A DNA stretch of 64,000 nucleotides from an uncultured bacterium (lineage in GTDB: Bacteria > Desulfobacterota_D > UBA1144 > Nemesobacterales > UBA2774). Each line of letters begins with the position of its first letter. The stretch's first letter is position 1. The position numbers and the translations under genes are program-made. The stretch spans positions 32,001-96,000 of the forward strand of contig CAVPJU010000001.1 in the NCBI GenBank assembly GCA_963705505.1. The letters run 5' to 3'. The notes under the pieces are model-generated. The model saw nothing but the letters and a program-made list of their open reading frames with translations, ran no database searches and had not been told where the DNA came from. Below, one piece after another: positions 57,640 to 64,000 of the stretch.

Positions 57640-58446
57640 GTGAAGATTCTCGTAATAGTAAGTCAGACCCAGGATACGGAGGCGAGGATAAAAGTCTCCG
57701 CAAGCGGCAATTCGATAGATACGGAAGGCATGAAATGGATCATGAATCCTTACGACGAGTTTGCGGTCGAGGAAGCGATCCAGACAAAGGAGAAGCACGG
57801 AGGCGAGGTCGTAGTCGTTTCCATGGGTCCCGCCAGGGTGATCGAGACGATCAGGCAGGCGCTGGCAATGGGGGCGGACAGCGCTCTCCATATAGTCGAT
57901 GAAGGATCAGCCGACGTGGATTCTTTCGTAACGGCGAAAGTCATTGCGGGCGAGATCAAAAAGCTGGGCGATTTCGATATCGTTTTTACGGGTATGAAGA
58001 TAATCGATGAGGAGTCCGGTCAGGTCGGGGTACAGGTAGCCGAGGAGCTGGGCATCCCACATGTCTCCCTCGTGAGCAAGGTTGTGGAGATCAATCCTTC
58101 GACCAGGAAAGCTGTGTGCCAGAAGGAGATAGACGGCGGCCATATGGTAGTCGAGGTCCCGCTCCCCTGTCTCATAACATGCCCCGACGCCATGAACGAG
58201 CCGAGGTACGCTTCTCTGCCCGGCATCATGAAGGCCAAGAAGAAGCCTCTGACCGAAGTGAAAGTTGCGGACATTAATGTTTCGGGGCTTTCCCGTGTCA
58301 AAATAGTCGAAATAAAGGTTCCCCAGATCGAGAGGAGATTGAAGATAATAAAGGGACAGGACGAGCCTATGGTCAAAGGGGCTGAGGTGGAAAAATCAGC
58401 CGAAGAGCTTATAAAGCTCTTGAGGGAAGAGGCCAAGGTTATATAG
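57640..58446 (+). CDS. etfB: Electron transfer flavoprotein beta subunit
   Basis: MNPYDEFAVEEAI, ALAMGAD, NEPRYASLPGIMKAKKKP. GTG start with GGAGG SD. Confidence 0.94.
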   Translation: MKILVIVSQTQDTEARIKVSASGNSIDTEGMKWIMNPYDEFAVEEAIQTKEKHGGEVVVVSMGPARVIETIRQALAMGADSALHIVDEGSADVDSFVTAKVIAGEIKKLGDFDIVFTGMKIIDEESGQVGVQVAEELGIPHVSLVSKVVEINPSTRKAVCQKEIDGGHMVVEVPLPCLITCPDAMNEPRYASLPGIMKAKKKPLTEVKVADINVSGLSRVKIVEIKVPQIERRLKIIKGQDEPMVKGAEVEKSAEELIKLLREEAKVI

Positions 58447-58479
58447 GGCCTAATTTGTCTATAGTTCAGGAGGAATAGA

Positions 58480-59475
58480 ATGAGTAACGAAGTGTGGGTA
58501 GTAGCGGATTTGAAAATCGACGGCAGTGTGAGGCAGGTAACGTTCGAAGCGCTCACGGAAGCGAGGCAGAAGCTCGCAGGCAAGCTCGGCGGACAGCTGT
58601 GCGGAGTGCTGATAGGGTCGGGGGTCTCGGGCCATGTTGCTGAATTAGGCAAGTACGGCGCTGAAAAGGTCTACGTGGTCGATAACGAGCTGCTAAAAGA
58701 TTTCAACACCGAAGGCAATACTATAGCTCTCAGCGAATTAATCAAAAAGTTCGAGCCGGCAATAGTAGTCGCCGGGAACACGGTATTCGGCCAGGACTAT
58801 TTCCCCGGCGTAGCTGCCCGTGTCGGAGCCGGCGTGACTATGGACGCGATCGAGATCGACTTGACCGACGATAAGAAACTAAAAATAAAACGCTTTTCAC
58901 ATTCGAGTAAGGCCATACCGACTGAGGTATTCCTCGACCATCACCCCATGATGACTACGGTCAGGCCCAATTCGTTTAAAGCCGCGGAGGACCCGAAGAG
59001 CCCGGAGGTCATCGACGGTTCCGTGACGATCAATCCGGGGGATATTAAGACAAGAGTGATAGAGATAAAGACGAAGGGCTCCGACCGCCCGGAGCTTACC
59101 GAAGCCGAAAGAGTGGTATCGGGCGGCAGGGGACTCGGGAGTGAAGAGAATTTCAAGTACATATATCAGCTGGCTGACATACTGGGCGCCGCGGCAGGCG
59201 CCACACGCGCGGCGGTCGACGCGGGCTACTGTCCCTACGATATGCAGGTGGGTCAGACCGGCAAGGCCGTTTCGCCCAACCTCTATATTGCGATAGCGAT
59301 CTCGGGCTCGGTTCAGCACTTCGCCGGAATGGGTTCTTCAAAGGTGATAGTCGCGATCAATAAAGACCCCGAGGCGCCGATTTTCCAGAAGTGCGATTAC
59401 GGTATAGTGGGCGACCTCTTTGATGTGCTCCCCCCATTCACTGAGAAGGTAAAGGCCCTGGTATCCCAAAGCTGA
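58480..59475 (+). CDS. etfA: Electron transfer flavoprotein alpha subunit
   Basis: VVSGGRGLG, GATRAAVDAG, QVGQTGK, ISGSVQH, AINKDPEAPIF. Confidence 0.95.
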   Translation: MSNEVWVVADLKIDGSVRQVTFEALTEARQKLAGKLGGQLCGVLIGSGVSGHVAELGKYGAEKVYVVDNELLKDFNTEGNTIALSELIKKFEPAIVVAGNTVFGQDYFPGVAARVGAGVTMDAIEIDLTDDKKLKIKRFSHSSKAIPTEVFLDHHPMMTTVRPNSFKAAEDPKSPEVIDGSVTINPGDIKTRVIEIKTKGSDRPELTEAERVVSGGRGLGSEENFKYIYQLADILGAAAGATRAAVDAGYCPYDMQVGQTGKAVSPNLYIAIAISGSVQHFAGMGSSKVIVAINKDPEAPIFQKCDYGIVGDLFDVLPPFTEKVKALVSQS

Positions 59476-59493
59476 AAATTCAGGCGGGGGCGG

Positions 59494-60318
59494 TTATAGA
59501 GCCGTCCCCGTAATATCCACCATTTCTATTCTGTCTATCTTTTCCCCGAGGAACCTTCCGGCGACGGAGACGAATGTATCCGATACATCGGTCAGATAGT
59601 ATTCCCGCACGGATGCCCCGGCATCATTATTCAGGAGGTCTATCTCCCCGAGCACTCTTTCGATTTCCTTTGCGGTCTCCTCGGCTGAATCCACGAGTGT
59701 GATTTTATCGCCCATCACCTTCTGTATTGTGGGTTTTAAGAGAGGGTAATGCGTACAACCTAAAACGAGCACGTCGATTGCGAGTTCTTTAAACGGCGTG
59801 AGGTACTCCTTCGCTATCAGCTCGGATATATCTCCCTCCGTCCAGCCCTCGTCCGCGAGCGGGACGAAAAGCGGGCATGCTTTGGAGTACACCCCGATAT
59901 CGGGGGATATAGCTTCTAGCGCCTTCTTATATGCGCTGCTTTTTATAGTCGACGGAGTGCCTATGACTCCCACCCTTTTGGATTTGGTGACCTCCGCGGC
60001 TTTTCTTGCGCCCGGCCCTATGACTCCTATCACCGGTATCTCGAAATCGCGGCTCAGGCTCGGAAGCGATACGGCAGAGGAGGTGTTGCAGGCGACTACC
60101 AGCATCTTTATCCCCTTCGATATCAGGAACCCGGCGTTGTTGCGGGAGTAGGCTATTACGGTCCTGCTCGATTTCGTCCCGTAAGGGACCCTTGCCGTGT
60201 CGCCCAGATAGATAACATTCTCCCGAGGGAGTCTCCTTATTATCTCTCTTACGACCGTAAGTCCCCCTATCCCTGAATCGAATACACCGATCGGTGCGCT
60301 CTTAATATCTTTTGTCAT
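59494..60318 (-). CDS. murI: Glutamate racemase
   Basis: IGVFDSGIGGLTV, GDTARVPYG, VACNTSS, LGCTHYP. Confidence 0.97.
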   Translation of the reverse strand: MTKDIKSAPIGVFDSGIGGLTVVREIIRRLPRENVIYLGDTARVPYGTKSSRTVIAYSRNNAGFLISKGIKMLVVACNTSSAVSLPSLSRDFEIPVIGVIGPGARKAAEVTKSKRVGVIGTPSTIKSSAYKKALEAISPDIGVYSKACPLFVPLADEGWTEGDISELIAKEYLTPFKELAIDVLVLGCTHYPLLKPTIQKVMGDKITLVDSAEETAKEIERVLGEIDLLNNDAGASVREYYLTDVSDTFVSVAGRFLGEKIDRIEMVDITGTAL

Positions 60319-60354
60319 GAGCCGCTCGTCTGTGAAATGATATACGTTTATGGA

Positions 60355-61737
60355 TCAGAAGAATACCTCTATCGCCCTCTCCACGGAATCCACGCCGATA
60401 AGGGCAATAGAGTTATCCGCGGGCTTCAATCTGTCAAGGTTGATTTTAGGGAGGACGCATTTGGTAAAACCCAGTTTCCTCGCTTCGTTCAGTCTCAGGT
60501 CGGCCTGTGAGACCCCCCTTATTTCCCCGGCAAGTCCCACCTCGCCGAAGACGACTGTATCCGGTTCGACAGGCTTATTCAGGAAGCTTGAAACAAGGGC
60601 GATTGAAATTGCAAGGTCTATCGCGGGCTCCTCGATCTTTACACCCCCGGCGACGTTCATGAATACGTCCTGCCCCAGTATCTGCAGTCCGGCCCTCTTC
60701 TCCAGGACCGCGAGTAAGAGGGAGACACGGTTGTTGTCGAGCCCTATCGCCGTCCTCCTCGGCACCCCGAAGCCGCAGGGCGACACGAGGGCCTGTATCT
60801 CGACGAGTATCGGCCTCGTCCCTTCTATGCTCGGTGTGACGACGGAGCCCGACGCATTTTCAGGCCTTTCGGAGAGGAATATCTCGGACGGGTTCATCAC
60901 CTCCCTGAGGCCGCTTTCGAGCATCTCGAACACGCCTATTTCATTCGTGGAGCCGAACCTGTTCTTGACCGCCCTCAGTATCCTGTAGGGATGGTCCTTT
61001 CCCCCTTCGAAATAAAGAACCGTATCCACAAGGTGCTCCAGCACTTTCGGTCCCGCTATGGTCCCGTCCTTCGTCACGTGTCCGATGAGGAATATTGCCG
61101 TCCCCCTGGTCTTGGCGTACTGCATGAGCTTCGCCGTGCACTCCCTTATCTGCCCGACGCTCCCGGGGGCAGACCCGAAATCTTCCGTAAACATCGTCTG
61201 TATGGAGTCGATCACGGCGATCTCGGGGGAGAGCTTTTCTATCTCCTCGAGTATCGTCTCGACCGAGGTCTCCGTTAGCACGAACACGCTGTCAGACGAG
61301 ACGCCTGTTCTGCCGGCCCTCATCTTGACCTGCATGGGCGATTCTTCACCAGTTACATAGAGGAATCTCGATCCGGGTGAGCCGAGCCTGTCCTTCTGTC
61401 TGCCTATGTCGTTTAACATCTGGAGCGCGAGGGTCGATTTGCCAATACCCGGGTCTCCTCCCACGAGTATGACAGAGCCCGGGACGAACCCTCCCCCGAG
61501 CACCCTGTCGAGCTCTTTATTCCCCGTGGGTATCCTTTCTTCCCTGTCGCTGCTGATGTCCGTTATTGCGATAGGCTCTGAAACATTAGCTCTCTTCACG
61601 GTCTTTTTCGATCTTTCTATCTTTTCCTCGACGTACGAATTCCAGCTCCCGCATTCGGGACATTTGCCGAGCCATCTGGGGGAGCGGCTCCCGCAATTCT
61701 GGCAGACGAACTGAGACAGGCCTTTTGTTTTCTTCAT
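60355..61737 (-). CDS. radA: DNA repair protein RadA/Sms
   Basis: C4 zinc finger, GGDPGIGKSTL, KNRFG, Lon-like C-terminus GEVGLAGEIR. Confidence 0.97.
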   Translation of the reverse strand: MKKTKGLSQFVCQNCGSRSPRWLGKCPECGSWNSYVEEKIERSKKTVKRANVSEPIAITDISSDREERIPTGNKELDRVLGGGFVPGSVILVGGDPGIGKSTLALQMLNDIGRQKDRLGSPGSRFLYVTGEESPMQVKMRAGRTGVSSDSVFVLTETSVETILEEIEKLSPEIAVIDSIQTMFTEDFGSAPGSVGQIRECTAKLMQYAKTRGTAIFLIGHVTKDGTIAGPKVLEHLVDTVLYFEGGKDHPYRILRAVKNRFGSTNEIGVFEMLESGLREVMNPSEIFLSERPENASGSVVTPSIEGTRPILVEIQALVSPCGFGVPRRTAIGLDNNRVSLLLAVLEKRAGLQILGQDVFMNVAGGVKIEEPAIDLAISIALVSSFLNKPVEPDTVVFGEVGLAGEIRGVSQADLRLNEARKLGFTKCVLPKINLDRLKPADNSIALIGVDSVERAIEVFF

Positions 61738-61859
61738 AGCGTTCTACGGGAATATAACCGCGAGGACATTATACAATATTAAAAATATGAATTGGAATTA
61801 GGCGATACGACTGCAATCCCCACGATTGCGCGAAAGAAGCAGAACGGAGGGACTGATAA

Positions 61860-62597
61860 ATGAATAAGGACTCGGGCTTTTCGAGACGCAGGTTTCTGCG
61901 GATAACCGGGGCGGGTGTATTGGGGATGGAGTTCCTAAGATCGGGAGGGAAAATATTCAACATTCCCGATGCGAGGGCGGATGAGGTCAAATCGCCTATG
62001 ACCTCCGATGAAGCGCTGAGGGAGCTCATGGCGGGTAATAAACGGTTCATAAACTCTATGAAAGAGAGCTGCATGCATAGAACATCCGAGCTCCGGATGG
62101 AGTTTGCGGAGGGGCAGAATCCGTTTGCTGTTATCCTCGCGTGTGCCGACTCCAGAGTTGCCCCTGAGATAATCTTCGATCAGTGGATAGGCGATCTGTT
62201 CGTAGTAAGAGTCGCGGGGAATATCGTCACTCCTCAAAACTACGGCATTCTTGGGAGCATAGAGTACGGTGTGAAAGTCCTCGGGGTCAATCTCATAATG
62301 GTCCTCGGGCACAGCAGGTGCGGGGCCGTGGAAGGGGCCATCAAGGCTCTTAAAACCGGAACTGCCTATCCGGGCTCAATAGGAACCATAGTTCAAGCTA
62401 TCCAGCCCTCGGTTGAAAGGGCAAAAAGTGAGCCTGGCGACCTGCTCCATAACGCCATACTCGACAATGTCAGGCTCGGCGTAAGCAGGATAAGCGGCAG
62501 CGATCCGGTTGTAGCCCCTCTTGTAAAGGAAGGAGCGGTGAAAGTCGTGGGCGGCAATTACGATTTGGTCTCGGGTGAAGTTAGCATAGTCGCATAG
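61860..62597 (+). CDS. Beta-carbonic anhydrase with twin-arginine signal peptide
   Basis: SRRRFLR Tat motif; CADSRV, RVAGN and GHSRCGAV zinc ligands. Confidence 0.92.
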   Translation: MNKDSGFSRRRFLRITGAGVLGMEFLRSGGKIFNIPDARADEVKSPMTSDEALRELMAGNKRFINSMKESCMHRTSELRMEFAEGQNPFAVILACADSRVAPEIIFDQWIGDLFVVRVAGNIVTPQNYGILGSIEYGVKVLGVNLIMVLGHSRCGAVEGAIKALKTGTAYPGSIGTIVQAIQPSVERAKSEPGDLLHNAILDNVRLGVSRISGSDPVVAPLVKEGAVKVVGGNYDLVSGEVSIVA

Positions 62598-62762
62598 AGT
62601 TTTTCCTTGATGCGGATCTTGGCAATTAATAACATATTGGCATAAAACCGTGGGAGCCGATCACCCTTGAAATTTTCCTCCCGATGAATATTTTTCATAC
62701 GGTAGAATAGCCGTGCGGCATTGCTTTAATACCGAAAATAATCCGGAGGTTTGTTATCTGAA

Positions 62763-64000
62763 ATGGCCCAACACACTGCAAAAAAACACGAATTCCAGGC
62801 CGAGGTCAAGCAGGTCCTGGATATCGTCATCCACTCCCTCTATACGGACAAAGAGGTATTCATACGGGAGCTTATTTCCAATGCGTCCGACGCCCTTGAA
62901 AAGCTCAGATATCTCCAGCTCACGGAAAAGGAAATCTACGACGAGAATCTGCCCCTCGAAATAAATATTAAGACGGAGGAGAAAGAAAATACTATAACTG
63001 TCGAAGACCATGGGGTAGGTATGACCGAGGACGAGTTGGTGGAGAACCTCGGGACCATAGCCCATTCGGGTTCCAAAGCATTCCTGAAGGCGGTGGAGGA
63101 ATCGGGTGGTGTAAGCGATAACCTGATCGGCCAGTTCGGCGTCGGTTTTTACAGCGTGTTCATGGTCGCGGAATCGGTGGAGGTATTTACACACAATTGG
63201 GAGAAGGACGGAAAGAGCCTGCTGTGGAAAAGCGACGGCTCGGGCAGTTACGAGATAGAAGCTGTGGAGGGTGAAAGGCGCGGGACAAAAATAGTGGTTC
63301 ACCTGAAAGAGGACGCAAAGGAGTTTTCGGACCCCGAGAGGGTGAAGGAAGTCCTCACGCACTACTCGAGCTTCGTTCAGTTTCCCATTAAGCTCAACGG
63401 AGAGCAGGTAAACAAAATACAGCCCATATGGATGCGCGGTAAATCCGATATATCGGACGAGGAATATAACGAGTTCTACAAGTTCCAGTCAGACGCGTTT
63501 GACGACCCTCTGTACAGACTCCACTTCAGCTCGGAGGCTCCCCTCGAGATTAATGCCCTCTTATTCGTTCCGAAGGAAAGCCCGGAGAGGTGGGGCTTCG
63601 GCAAGGTCGATCCGGGCGTTAGTCTATACTGCAAGAAAATACTTATAGATTCGAAGCCGGAAGGCCTTCTGCCCGACTGGCTCAGGTTCTTAAAAGGGGT
63701 CGTCGACAGCGCCGACCTGCCGCTCAATATCTCCCGCGAAACGATGCAGGACAGCGCGCTCGCAAAGAAGATAGGGCAGGTAATAACCGGGCGGTTTATA
63801 AGGTTCCTCGAAGACGAGGCGAAAAAGGATCCGGTTAAATACGAAGAGTTCTATAAGCAATTTTCCATATTTCTAAAGGAAGGCGTCGCCTCGGATTTCA
63901 AAAACAGCGCTCAGCTCGCGAAACTCCTGCGCTTCGAATCCTCCGCGACTGAAAAAGGCGTGCTTACCACACTCGAAGACTACGTCTCCCGTATGAAAGA
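62763..64000 (+). CDS. htpG: Chaperone HtpG (Hsp90), runs off the right edge
   Basis: Not in the ORF track (no stop in window). From ATG 62763: MAQHTAKKHEFQAEVKQVLDIVIHSLYTDKEVFIRELISNASDALEK..., NLGTIAHSGS, IGQFGVGFYS, GVVDSADLPLNISRE. GGAGG upstream. Confidence 0.96.
   Translation, partial: MAQHTAKKHEFQAEVKQVLDIVIHSLYTDKEVFIRELISNASDALEKLRYLQLTEKEIYDENLPLEINIKTEEKENTITVEDHGVGMTEDELVENLGTIAHSGSKAFLKAVEESGGVSDNLIGQFGVGFYSVFMVAESVEVFTHNWEKDGKSLLWKSDGSGSYEIEAVEGERRGTKIVVHLKEDAKEFSDPERVKEVLTHYSSFVQFPIKLNGEQVNKIQPIWMRGKSDISDEEYNEFYKFQSDAFDDPLYRLHFSSEAPLEINALLFVPKESPERWGFGKVDPGVSLYCKKILIDSKPEGLLPDWLRFLKGVVDSADLPLNISRETMQDSALAKKIGQVITGRFIRFLEDEAKKDPVKYEEFYKQFSIFLKEGVASDFKNSAQLAKLLRFESSATEKGVLTTLEDYVSRMK

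Overview
This is a gene-dense, mostly housekeeping bacterial chromosome segment. Gene content and style suggest a deltaproteobacterium-like (Desulfobacterota/Dadabacteria-like) organism, which is an inference only. It holds about 50 CDSs: cofC with an FAD/Fe-S oxidoreductase and an aldehyde dehydrogenase, futalosine genes mqnA/mqnD, dgt, hisA/hisF, meaB, mce, pcm, rng, coaX, an LLM-class oxidoreductase, an alternative sigma-70 factor, guaBA, apbE-ribBA-ribH-nusB-trpD-trpC, a TolC/MFP/RND efflux operon, ogg, a multi-LysM lytic transglycosylase, a phosphofructokinase, queG, tamB, etfBA, murI, radA, a Tat-exported beta-carbonic anhydrase and the start of htpG. I saw no rRNA, tRNA, CRISPR array, prophage, transposase or defence island, and I cannot support a single large novel system. 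The most interesting signals are small. They are (i) intergenic mosaics of several REP-like palindrome families, including two clean 30-nt insertions of one palindrome inside another; (ii) an RpoD-like sigma gene behind a sigma-54 promoter and a perfect palindromic site, with a structured 3' element; (iii) a PPi-PFK-family enzyme with the ATP-type GGDG motif; (iv) two probable pseudo-enzymes (KdsC-like, LigD phosphoesterase-like); (v) an F420 side-chain gene flanked by possible lactate/lactaldehyde enzymes; (vi) a Fur-type box on the efflux operon; (vii) several apparently leaderless genes; and (viii) two single-base frameshifts that may be assembly errors.
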